A stretch of 24,473 nucleotides of DNA from Atractiella rhizophila (GCA_021432655.1 MU271339.1:62001-86473), one strand, 5' to 3'. Shown: positions 1 to 10,273, counted from the stretch's first letter. A program made the numbers and translations. The notes: generated from the sequence alone by a model not told the origin.

Positions 1-1623
1 CTACATGGTCTAGGCAAGACACTAGAGTATAGGTTGCCGTTACCTGCTCACAGGTTTGGACGATGGGGTGGAGACACAAGAATAATTGGAGAAGAGCTGA
101 CGTACAACGTTACGGAGTTAGAGCAACGTCTTGATAAGGATCTTCCTCTTATGAATAAGGATCAATGACATGCATACGATACAATCATCAAAGCCTGGCA
201 GAGTGGCACTGGAGGACTCTTCTTTCTTGATGGGCTTGGAGGAACTTGAAAGACTTTTGTTCAGAATCTTATACTGGCAAGAGTAAGATTATCCAAGAAG
301 ATTGCATTAGCAGTAGCCTCTTCTTGAATTGCTGCTATTCTGCTTGAAGGTGGTCGTATTGCTCATACGTGATTCAAGATTCCCCTCAATGCAGATGCTC
401 AATCAGTTTGGGGTATTTCAGCTCACAGTGATCATGAAAGGATATATGTCGAGGCAGAAATTACCCTGTGGGATGAAGCCATTATGAGTGACTGCCTCTC
501 CATCAGCTGTGTGGATCCGTTGGGCAGAACCTTAAAAAGGATTCAAGGCCATTTGGAGGAACACTTATGGTTTTCTGTGGTATGATACTTCCTGTTAAAT
601 AGCTTTGTTCATAGGAGATGGCAGTCAATGTCTTCTGGTAGTGCCAAATGGAATCTGAGCTCAAATTGTGGATGCCTGCACCATTAATTCTTACTTCTAG
701 CCAAATGTGCAAGTCCTGCCTTTGAAAACCAATATGCGCCTTCTTTGTGGCCAACAGGAAATGATACCAGCCGAATTCAGCATGCGATCAGATTTGCCCA
801 GTGGCTCCTTGATGTTGGAAATGTTCTCACTGATAATCCGTCAGACAATTACCAGTTGGGTCTATTATTCCATCCCACAAAGGACTAGATGGTCTGTTGG
901 GCTCAATTTACCTACAATTAGATTCTCTGTGGAGGATCCCTGCTCTGAGCTTCCTTCAAGAATACTTCCAGGTTCACATGATTCTAGTAGCAAAGAATGT
1001 GGATGTGAATGGCATCAATGATTACTTGATTCAGTGGCTCGAATCCACAGGAGATCGGGTACATTACAGTGCAGATCAAATTATAGATGACGAAGGAGAT
1101 CTTAGAAATCACTTCTATGTCGAGTACCTGAATACCCTGGAGATCTCTGGATTCCCTTCACATTGTTTACACCTCAAGAGTGGTGTACCCATCATTCTTC
1201 TGCAAAATCTCAATCCATCTGCTGGCCTGTGCAACGGCACGTGGCTCATTGTCACTCAGCTTCTCCAATGAGTCATCGAAGCAACCGTCATTACAGGTGC
1301 ACACTGTGGCGAATCAGTTCTCATTCCTCGAATCGGCATTGACAGTGTAGTATCAAACCAGCTTCCTTTTCAATTCCGGCGCTTTCAATTCCATGTGCGC
1401 TTAGCGTTTGCCTTAACTCTGAATAAAGCACAAGGACAATCTGTTGGACATGTGGGTTTGTACTTAGAGTCTTCTCCTTTCTCTCATGGGCAGCTTTATG
1501 TTGGTCTTGCACGGGTTTCAAATGTGAACAATTTATGAGTATTGGTCAAACAAAGCAAGGAGAGGAAACAAGCAAACAGATAATGTAGTTTACAAAGAAG
1601 TGTTACGAGTACTCAATCACTGA
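1..1623 (+). pseudogene. Helitron RepHel Pif1-family (SF1B) helicase domain, pseudogenised
   Basis: Motifs read directly: FLDGLGGTGKTF (Walker A, ~223-258), AVASS*IAAILLEGGRIAHT*FKIPL, WDEA, RPFGG, LKTNMRL, LLQNLNPSAGLCNGTWL, LIPRI, RLAFALTLNKAQGQS, FSHGQLYVGLARV and terminal NVVYKEVL before TGA at 1621-1623. In-frame stops at 166, 325, 370, 1269 and 1536, plus frameshifts. Confidence 0.95.
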
Positions 1624-1650
1624 TCATCTCTCAGCATGTTCCTAACAGTA

Positions 1651-1927
1651 CAAGTGTATCAGCTGCCTTCGTCCCTCGGGCCTCCCAACCACTTGCAAGG
1701 GGCATGGCCCCTTGAACCCTACGGCGACTCATGTAAGGGTCCAGTATGAAACGCATTTTTTTACACCGTTCAGATAAAATTTCCTTGCCAGTTCAGAAAG
1801 GGGCAAGCATATGGGTTATGATGGCATAATTTATTTCATTCCATTGTCGATGGTGAGGGAGGTATGAGGGCTCAAAAGTGCGTCTTATGACTCATGCCAA
1901 AAAACCCAACGCTCTTAGAAGAATAGA
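1651..1927 (-). mobile_element. Non-autonomous mini-Helitron, copy 1 (277 bp)
   Basis: Minus strand starts TCTATTCTTCTAAG and ends with hairpin GCC..GGC then AGCTGATACACTTG|T. Internal palindrome CAAGGGGCATGGCCCCTTG at 1696-1714. Colinear with copies 2 and 3; no TSD. Confidence 0.8.
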
Positions 1928-2212
1928 CAAGTGTGTGTGAATGGCCTTCGTCCCTCAGGCCCCCCAACCTACTCGCAAGGGGCATGGCCCCTTGAACCCT
2001 ACTGTGACCGTTGTAAGGGTTCGAGTCCAGTCCAAAACACATTTTTCAACCCTTTCAGAATAAAATTTCCTTCCAGGTTCAGAAAGGGGCAAGCATATGG
2101 GATATGATGGTATAATAAATTTCATTCTCTTGTATATGGTGAGGGAGGTGTGAGGGCTCAAAAGTGCGTCTTATGACTCATGCCAAGAACTGATGAATCT
2201 TAGAGTATAGGA
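1928..2212 (-). mobile_element. Non-autonomous mini-Helitron, copy 2 (285 bp), head-to-tail with copy 1
   Basis: Minus strand A|TCCTATACTCTAAG ... GGCCTGAGGGACGAAGGCC hairpin, ATTCACACACACTTG|T, where the following T is the first base of copy 1. Palindrome at 1976-1994. Removing copies 1 and 2 restores an A|T site (1650/2213). Confidence 0.8.
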
Positions 2213-2991
2213 TAGTCAAAAGCTGAAGTGGTTCTCCAAGTACGAAGTGGTTCTTCAGCTTTCATTTTTTTTTGAAGATAGTAGAGTACATATGGTGAGT
2301 CTGTGCTTGCCCAAGGCGAGGCCCCACGCAGTGGCTGCCAGAGCCACAGTGGCCGCCGGAGGCTGGGGTCCAAGGGCAAAGCCCCTGGGGGATGCCTGAG
2401 GGATGAGGGCACTGACACACTTGTCGAGGCTTGAGTATGTCCCTTTCTTGGGGCAAGAGAATCCGATCTGACCTTTTATCCCTGAAAACAAATGTACCCA
2501 CACACCCACCAATCATAAACTGACATTCATAGCCCATGCAGTAGTACCGACTGGACTTGTTCACATAGAAGGGGACGTCGACCTCATTGCAATGTTGTTT
2601 GGACTGCAGCATCCAAGTGGGAGCAACATCCAGGTATTCATTCGCATCTGTCGTGCAGCCCCCACTGCGATGGCTTTTTATTTAACAAATGACAATGTGG
2701 CTTTCATCTAACAAAGGCGGCGCGAGTGTGGGCTGTTGCCATATGACCCAGGCCGCGCTACCAATGGCGCTACTGGATCCAGAAATGCTCTGACCATTGA
2801 TGCATCGTCGTCATCGTCAACAACGTCGCGCTCTCCCTCAGTTCTGTAAGGAAACTACCTGTCTTCCCAAAGATGTGTGGTCTGATAAAGAACGAGAATG
2901 TTTCTCGGTCTTCCCTCGTCAGTGACCCACCATTTGGAGATCCCAGTAAAGCGCGCGACACTGCAATTCCGATGTTACAGTTCGCGAACTA

Positions 2992-3037
2992 TGGTGCAGG
3001 TCCGCTAGTCCCACATCAGAGGCTACAGCATGAGTCA
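2992..3037 (+). repeat. Left terminal inverted repeat of element A
   Basis: TGGTGCAGGTCCGCTAGTCCCACATCAGAGGCTACAGCATGAGTCA; matches the reverse complement of 5209-5254 at 43/46 positions. Confidence 0.95.
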
Positions 3038-3203
3038 CCATGACTCACAGGTCCCAAATCTCAGAAAATTTTTTTTCCTGTCATCCTGCTTCTGAAGTTC
3101 TGGCTCCTCACATGCATATGTGTGAGCTGCCCACAGTGAAATGCATTAATGTATTCATACTGTTCATAGTATTAAATGGAAACCCTAGCATATGTACAAA
3201 CCC

Positions 3204-4887
3204 TTAAGCCTGAACCTCCTGCTCCCCTCTTGCAGCGGCTACTTCTGGAACACGTCGGTGTGATGAATACTTGCGTACTTGGAATCCAGCTTGCACGACA
3301 TCCTTGCCCTCGGCATAAGCTTGGATCCATCTGTGAGTTCTTCTCTCAAACTTTCTGATAGTGGACAGTTGTACAGACTTGAGAGCCGCATGCATGTTCT
3401 CCTTCAATCCTTCAAAGGTGTACCGGCAGTTTTCTGTTGAAGCAATCAGTAACTTGTCAACATCCGGAGAAGCTGCAAACCTCTAAGGTAGTACTTCATT
3501 CTTCCCCAAAAAAATTCAATGAAATTAAGCTGACAATGAAACTTCGGAAGCATTAAGGCATAATGCCCAGCTGCTTCAATTGCTTCGACCACTGCTCCTT
3601 TTTGGGTACGGAAGTCAGGCTGTGATGCAAGTAAACGCTCTGTGCCATGAAATGAGTATTGGATGGTGGAATGTAAGATGTTGGTCACCAGCACAACATG
3701 TATGGTCTGCTTGATGATCGGTTGCTTGCTTGCATCGACCTTTCAGACCCTTCTCCGGCCACAAGCCTCGTTCCTTCAACACCAGCTCCATTCCCTTCGG
3801 TTTTCCAGCTTCAGGGTGACGGGGGGGGGTATCATTGACTGTCCAATCCTCTGCCCATCCCTCATGAACCATCCATCCCGCATAATCCGAGCATTTTTTC
3901 CACCTGGATCGCTGTCATTGTCTCTTGCGTGGGGGAGGGAGAGAGGGATCAGAAAGGGAGGCAGGGTTGGTGTTGCAGTGTCCGAAAGGTGGTTTCTGTG
4001 GTCGTCTCTCGTCGGAATCAGTTTCATTGTTGTCAGCTGAGCCTTCATTCTCCTCGGCTGATGAAATGATAAACGTCTGAATATTGAATGGATCATCGAG
4101 AGGAGAAGGAGGTGAGGTTGCGAGGGTAGGTGCCGTACTGTGCTGGCCATCGTCTTCGTGAGCCACTGGGACGTCAGGAGTGGTATGGGGAATGGAGTAA
4201 GGCGGTGGAAGAGGCCGGTTGTCGATGAGGAAGGCTTTGAGGGGACAGCATGTCTTTGCTTCCCTGAAAAACCAATCAGCGCCAGCTTCGGTGCTCAAAG
4301 AGATTGAGAAAGGAGAGAGGAAATAAAAATACAAACTGTTCCAGCAATTCTTGCTTTTTCTTACGCTTATGGCGGGTTTGCTTTGGCACCTTCGTACCAA
4401 CGTTGTATCCTGAAGAGCGGCCCAATGCCTTTTCTCCCTTCTTCTGATTCAACTCTCGCCCTCCCTCAGACATCAACTCAGCAAAAATGCCCGGAAGTTG
4501 TACTTTAGCTTCTGCAATGAGTATCTGTCCTTCAGCAGTTTCACGAGCAAGCTCATTGGCACTCTCTTCTGATGCAGATTCACCCTCAAAGTCAGAACTT
4601 TGCTCTGATGAAGCCCAACTTGCATCATCAAAGGTTCCGAAGCAATTCAAAGTCTCTTCATGCTCGCTGCGAGAAGAGATCTCAAAAGGTTCAGGCAATG
4701 GAGCATCTGCTAATGCGAGGATCTTGCTTTCTTCATCAGAAGAATCTGAGAAAAGTAACCAGGGGTCTGTAACAGATCCTCCCAGTATCTTCAGAGCTTC
4801 TCGCTGCTGACTCTTCGCAGCTTTAGCTGCCCTTGCTGTGAGAAGCTTTTGGTCACGAGCTTTCATGCTCTTTGAGCGTCTCCCCAT
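3204..4887 (-). pseudogene. Tc1/IS630-like transposase, internally deleted, with introns
   Basis: ATG at 4887 (MGRRSKSMKARDQK...), acidic/basic N-terminal region, then an abrupt jump near 3915 to PGGKNARIMRDGW. Introns at 3640-3688 and 3434-3480; frameshift near the G-run at ~3821-3829. The HDEST and FDNS catalytic motifs seen in element B are absent. Confidence 0.85.
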
Positions 4888-5208
4888 GCCGCTGAAAGAT
4901 TTGGCAAGGGGGAAATGGAAAAGAAAGAAGGGAAAAGTCGACATTTGCAGACAATTAGAGCCTGAGGACGCAGCAACGGAACCAAAATCGACCGTTCGGA
5001 GCCGAACGCTGACATCGGAACTAACTTTGCCGAAGTACACTGGAGACGTACAATGGCCTGTCCCAATCGCAAGATCTTTGAAAATAAAAACTTTTCTGGA
5101 AGTCAACCAATAAAAAATCTGTCTTACAAAACTCTTCTAAATACACCAAATAAGCTATATGTAAGACAGATTGTTGAAATGTTTGCTCTGGGAGTCACGA
5201 TTTTGGAA

Positions 5209-5254
5209 TGACTCATGTTGCAGCCTCTGATGCGGGACTAGCGGACCTGCACCA
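5209..5254 (-). repeat. Right terminal inverted repeat of element A
   Basis: TGACTCATGTTGCAGCCTCTGATGCGGGACTAGCGGACCTGCACCA followed by TA. Confidence 0.95.
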
Positions 5255-5334
5255 TAGCTAAAAAAACAGTGGACAGGCTCACAAATGTACAAGCACTGCA
5301 AAGTGTGAGATAACACTGAGTATGAGTCTCACAC

Positions 5335-6086
5335 TTGCAGGTTTACAAAGTGCGCAAGTGGCGAAAGGAGGAGGCGCACGATCCTGTCACAGGCTACCTC
5401 AATCCTTTTTGTCCGGTGACCATTTCTTCCGAGGCCGGCACTTGTGGAGAGAAGAACAAGACAACTTATGATTTCCCCGGAACAAAAGCGCTCCTTGATA
5501 GAGTCTATAGGCGGTTAGAGTGAAATATGTCAGAATCGGCTCAGGTGACAGGAGAACATGTCCAGAATATGGACGCTAACCAGAGAGTTCTCGATGTCAC
5601 AATTTGGTCGGCAACTCAGCGTCCGGGGGAAGGGCAAGACATTGCGATCAGGCGGGAGAAGGATGACACGGGTTATTTTCTGAAGATCGCTCACTGCCTG
5701 CTGGGACCTTGTCTATGCCGGGATTGCTCATTTTGCAGAGAATCTGTTTTAAGGCGCACTGTTCTCACAGTTGCCTGTTCAGCTCCTCTGATCTATTCAG
5801 CTTTGTCAGCAACACTTCCATACACTCTGGCGTCTGTCGAATCTGGAGCGTTGTTTCAGTTCCGAACCTTTCTCTGTGGCAGAAAGGTATGCGCTTTGAA
5901 ACTCTCTACCCTGGTGCTGGATGTGTCTGGAGTAAATTGGAGTTTCGAGAAAGTATCAGCGGTGGCATGGTCAGAGAGGTTGGTTACAGCCTCGCCGAAT
6001 ATCACAAAAGTATGGGTGGATGCATTTTGAAATGAAGAACAGGTGAAGATCGTGTTGTATGCAAAAATGTATGGCAAGTGTAAATG
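5335..6086 (+). pseudogene. Decayed ORF of unknown function, probably continuing upstream of element A
   Basis: ORFs 5335-5523 and 5527-6030 and the stretch to 6086 share one frame, broken only by single TGA codons at 5521 and 6028. Contains HCLLGPCLCRDCSFC. No family recognised. Confidence 0.4.
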
Positions 6087-6576
6087 ATGTATTTTTGGCA
6101 GAATGGTTCAAGAAAATGGAGGAAGGAGGAGGTTGAGAACCTTATGTGGAGGATGGGTAACAGGACAAGGCAGCTCACAGCTCTCGAAGCAGTGGGCCCC
6201 TCTTCGTCATCTGATCCTTTGGCATCACCTGTCTTTCAATTACCTGACGATCCTACTCTTCCGTGGGGTTGGAACTGGCTGAAACGCCAAACGGTGCTTC
6301 TAATCTTCGGCATTGTGTGCTTTGCTGCAGAGTTCAAACTCCCTATAGGTGCAGGATGAGCCTTTTGTCTTGCTTATCACATCATTTGGGGTCATTTCAA
6401 AGCTCACAAGCTCATTGGCTTGCGAGGGTTTCATTGGCTTGCAAAACCCTCACAAGTCACCTTAACTCACCTGAGCCAAGAAACCAAACACAACCGGAAC
6501 AATTTGGACACCTGAGCACCCCAAAGTGTTGGGAAAAGACACACGTCGAATGTCAGCTATGCTTTTTATATAAGGA

Positions 6577-6857
6577 CAAGTGTGTCAACGACCTTTGTCC
6601 CTCACGCCCCCAACCCACTGGCAAGGGGCACGACCCCTTGAACCCTACTGTGACTCTTGGGAGGGTTCGAGTCCAGTATGAAACACAATTTTGACCTCTG
6701 CAAAAGAAAATTTCCTTGCAGATTCAGAAAGGCACAAGCATATGCAATATAATGGTGCAATTCATTTCATTTTAACATGCCTGCTGAGGGAGCTATGAAC
6801 GCTCAACAGTGTGTTTTATGACTCATGCCAAGAACTGATGAATCTTAGAGGAATAGA
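6577..6857 (-). mobile_element. Non-autonomous mini-Helitron, copy 3 (281 bp)
   Basis: Minus strand A|TCTATTCCTCTAAG ... GTTGACACACTTG|T. Palindrome CAAGGGGCACGACCCCTTG. Inserted in an A|T dinucleotide (6576/6858) without TSD. Confidence 0.8.
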
Positions 6858-7349
6858 TAGATACCTTGACTCACACCCTCGAACACCTGGAACGTGTCTC
6901 CCAATCAGAGCGATCCCAGAACTGGATCTGTGTGATGATGTAGTTGCGAGAAATGACAATGTATATACATCCATCACACTCAAGTGGATACCAAAACCTT
7001 TACAACTTATCGCCCGCCAACATTAACCTCTCACGAGCCATACTTTCATGCTTCCTCAAAATACTCGAAAATCGGCGAGAATACATTGTTGTCACGTATT
7101 TATGTGACTGGATGAAAATGTTCAAACGGACGATTCTGGCATCTTATTGGCTAATTTACAGAATTTATTGATCATCGAGCTCGCGGTTAAACCAAATTCA
7201 AAAGCAAAACTGACTTCTACTTCAATGTACCTAGGAAGAAGACGACTCTAAACTCCAAACTGCAACTGCTGAATCCAATTCCCTCTCACCACGCGCTCCA
7301 CCCACCGGCTACACAAAGCGATAAACCACGAACATACGACATAACAGCG

Positions 7350-8200
7350 CAACCCAACTTCTACACAGAGCTTCTTGAAGCTCCTGTGCTCTTTGGACCA
7401 GGTAAACAAAAAGTCTAGACACCTATGAGCTACGCCGTATGGGCACCATGGAGGGCTACCACCTAGAGCAGCACCGTCAGATGTGGGTTTAATTGTGTGG
7501 ATATTGCGCGGCAAGGAGGAGGAGGTGTTTGAGATGGCGCTTAGATGACGTAGAGAGGAGGAGAGGGTGAGGAGGGTGAAATTGGCGAGGGTGAGGAGGG
7601 AGAAGGACGTTAAGTAGCTGGAGGAGGAGGCGAGGATGGACAGGCTTCCCCATCCTGCTTTTACTAGGAAGCAGATACATCTCGTCCTGTGATACCACCG
7701 AAGATTCCATCGCCTGAGACTGGAATGCGTCCACTTCGCCCACCGTTGATATTAACCGGTTCAAGGCCTCCTTTCACATCTCCACCACCATTACAGTCTC
7801 ACAAAGCCCCAGCGCTGGCACCGCCTCCAATATCGACCACGCCTATCAATTCGCCTACAGACAAGAAGCAAGACATTCTCCAGTGTCCTACTTCCCCACC
7901 GTCTCTTCGAAGGAATCCGAGCATCAACAAAGACAAATGAGAAATCGTCAGGCGTCCTGGTTCCCCTTCTGTTGTACGGCCTGCAAAAACACGGCTCCTA
8001 TTCCTTCTTCTCCTAAAGCAACCTCGCCGCAAGTCGCGTCACCCGTCAAACCAAACTCTCCTCACCCACCGCCCTTCCTAGGCAGAGAGCAGTCATCCCA
8101 GTCTGTGGGCGATCAGGTTGCCCAAAGTACTCCTATGCCGACCTGTCCTCAAACTCCCTCATTTTGCCTTCCCATCTTGGCATGCTGGGGGCTAACTGCT
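7350..8200 (+). pseudogene. Possible decayed gene with Glu/Arg-rich coiled-coil and Pro/Ser-rich segments
   Basis: One plus frame reads ...KEEEVFEMALR*RREEERVRRVKLARVRREKDVK*LEEEARMDR, with isolated stops, followed by Pro-rich ORFs 7689-7940 and 7883-8293. No family recognised; boundaries approximate. Confidence 0.25.
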
Positions 8201-8453
8201 CAAGTTTCTGTAATGACCGTCAGTGAGAACTGGATGATTGCTGACTATCGGGTCTTGCTAAAAGCTGCAGCGAACAATAGTTGCAGCACGTGAAGTCGCT
8301 GCAAACCTACCAGAAATCGCATTTTCAAAGGGTGAGACTGGATCTTTACTGCCCTTGTCAAGTAAGGGCAGTGTTGGAGCTGTTTTGTCAAGCGAAGTTG
8401 CGGGGAACACTGAATACACTCCACATCGATGAAATTTACAACCTGAACGAGCA

Positions 8454-10273
8454 TTACTTCTCGGCCTCTTGTTTCCATCTGCTTCCATTGTCACTCGTTT
8501 CTTCTTGCCACTTAAACTCATTCGTAACTGTATAGACGCTGCTCGTGCCTCTGTTCCAATACTCGCTGCTAGTAAGGTATAAAGGAGTAAAGTACATGTT
8601 CCAAACTCCGTCGCCCTCTACTGACAGTGTTTTGGGAAAAAACCCAAACAGGAAAAAGCCAATGCAAGGTAGCCGCGGCATCACTAAGCGATAGGCTTGG
8701 GTCTTTGAAGCGGACAAGTTTCTCGTTCACAATTCGCCTGTCAGCCCCAACTACAGAGCACCGAGTTAAGGCTACTTCTTGTAGGCTATGAGTGAATAGA
8801 CCAACGCGAGGGTTCTCCCAAGGAGCTAAGCAGAAGTTGCGTAGCTCAAGAACGTGCAAGGAGCTAAGCAGAAGTTGCGTAGCTCAAGAACGTGCAAGCG
8901 TGATAATTCTGTAGTGAGGTCGTAAAAGTTCTTGGAGAGATGCGAGGCATGTGGGTTTGAGCGCGCACAACCAGCATGTGTCGTTGAGCGAGCATAGGCA
9001 GCAGATGCCTTCGAGGCAGCAGAATGCTGGAGTGAAAGACGTAAGATCTCTAATGTCCCCTTGCAAGTTCGTAGAATGGGGTACAAGAAGTCGTCCAGCG
9101 ATCCGTCCGGAATTAAGAGCTCCAAAAGTCGAAAATGAGGCAGCGGTTGGTTTTGGCGAATGTTATTGATCAACACTTTGATCATGAATAAATCTCTATC
9201 CTCCTCGCAGTCATCATATAACATGCGTAAATCTTGAAGAGTGGTAGGCAGAACCATATCTGCAGTGGCGTGCATGTGAGTTTCAAATCTCCGGATGTAG
9301 GGCACTGCCACGAGATTACTGCGGGCTAATTCATAATGCTCGGTATCTTGTGAGGACCAAAGCTTGTCGTGAAGTCCACGGCGTCTGTAACCATCGAGAA
9401 TATTGATGGTTTTCAAACTACCCAAGCATCGGATCAGCTCACCGAGTCGTGGTACAGTGCGGTCGAGAATCTGAAGCTCGGTTACTGTAGTCATCCCTTG
9501 CAGTAAGGCGTAACCTTCAAAAAAATGAAGGTCCTCGAAAATGGCAGTGAGATCGCTGAAAACAGACAAGATTTGCAGAGAAGTGCATTTCGAGAAAAGC
9601 TTGAAAATCGAAAGACGTTGCAGCAGATCCAGCTGCTCTGAGGGTACAGCATATCGAAGATGTCGAATGAACGTCGCAGTCTTGGGAAAGTTTTCGAATT
9701 TTTGCAAGAAAGAATGGACGTCTTGCCATTTGATAAGAGCTGGTGGAGTGTGATATAGCGCTCTTTGGACCTATATAACCATTGTCTTAACCAGACTACG
9801 GTTTGGCGAGAACACATACCACCCCAGATAATCGTCTGGACAAACACAAGAATGTGAAGGAGTCCTCGTCCCATGCTGGTATCGCTTTGTCAAAAATGGA
9901 TTGCAAAATTTCAGTGGGGAGGTTTTCGAAGCTGCTGCGCGGATGCGGAGAGGAAGCTGGACTAATATCAGGATTGAGATAAAGGTTAGCTGATTTCCTG
10001 AGCGACGCCTCGTAGTGCCATTGTTCCAATGTCATTGTTACTTTCGACTTGTAATCGATAGATTCACTTGATTTTCAATTTATCGTCAGCTCTAAGGAGG
10101 CCTAGGGACATTCGAACAACGTACTGGAGCGTGTTGGCCAGCCTGTACACCATAGACCACACATCTTGCAGGTCTGCCGTTGTATGATCAAATTTGACTG
10201 CCACACCCCACTTTAGAAGCCATAGATCGAGCGAAGTGACGATTTCCTGAAGTGCCTCTACCGATGAACTCAT
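8454..10273 (-). pseudogene. F-box-like protein with leucine-rich C-terminal region, frameshifted
   Basis: SFENLPTEILQSIFDKA...LCLSRRL (ORF 9796-10035) is F-box-like. It continues through shifted ORFs 9491-9874, 8826-9707 (LxxLxL repeats) and 8569-8859. A 38-bp duplication breaks the frame. ORF 10064-10273 is a tentative first exon. Confidence 0.6.
8819..8898. repeat. Perfect 38-bp tandem duplication
   Basis: CAAGGAGCTAAGCAGAAGTTGCGTAGCTCAAGAACGTG at 8819-8856 and 8857-8894, followed by CAAG at 8895-8898. Confidence 0.97.

Larger units (their letters stand above)
1..2423 (+). mobile_element. 3' part of a decayed autonomous Helitron (helicase end plus 3' terminus); 5' part lies outside the window
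   Basis: Pif1-type helicase remnant at 1-1623, then GC-rich hairpins at ~2305-2411. The last hairpin (TGCC..GGCA, 2393-2411) is followed by CTGACACACTTG|T, with the terminus at 2423 and host T at 2424. This end matches the 3' ends of the mini-elements. Confidence 0.8.
2992..5254 (-). mobile_element. IS630/Tc1/mariner-superfamily DNA transposon, internally deleted (element A)
   Basis: 46-bp TIRs with 3 transition mismatches, flanked by TA at 2990-2991 and 5255-5256. Contains the transposase C-terminus (PKGMELVLKERGLW, CCA, LLASQPDF, LPKFHCQLNFIEFFWG). Confidence 0.92.

Noticed and set aside
1651..2212. Tandem ~280-bp repeats as a satellite, LTR pair, CRISPR-like array or structured ncRNA
   Set aside because: A dispersed third copy, TC start, terminal hairpin and A|T insertion fit Helitrons. 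There are no TG..CA ends, spacers or Pol III boxes that I can support.
2989..5257. Element A termini extending to CTA..TAG
   Set aside because: Related element B has TA on both sides but non-complementary outer bases, so TA is the duplicated target and the extra C/G match is incidental.
2424..6576. Fanzor/TnpB-like RNA-guided nuclease next to the Helitron or inside the Tc1-like elements
   Set aside because: No RuvC I/II/III motifs recognisable. A single Cys cluster is insufficient.
2413..6587. 13-bp perfect inverted repeat (TGACACACTTGTC / GACAAGTGTGTCA) as TIRs of a composite transposon
   Set aside because: Better explained as the shared 3' ends of two oppositely oriented Helitron-family elements. 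Homology extends outward rather than inward, and there is no TSD.
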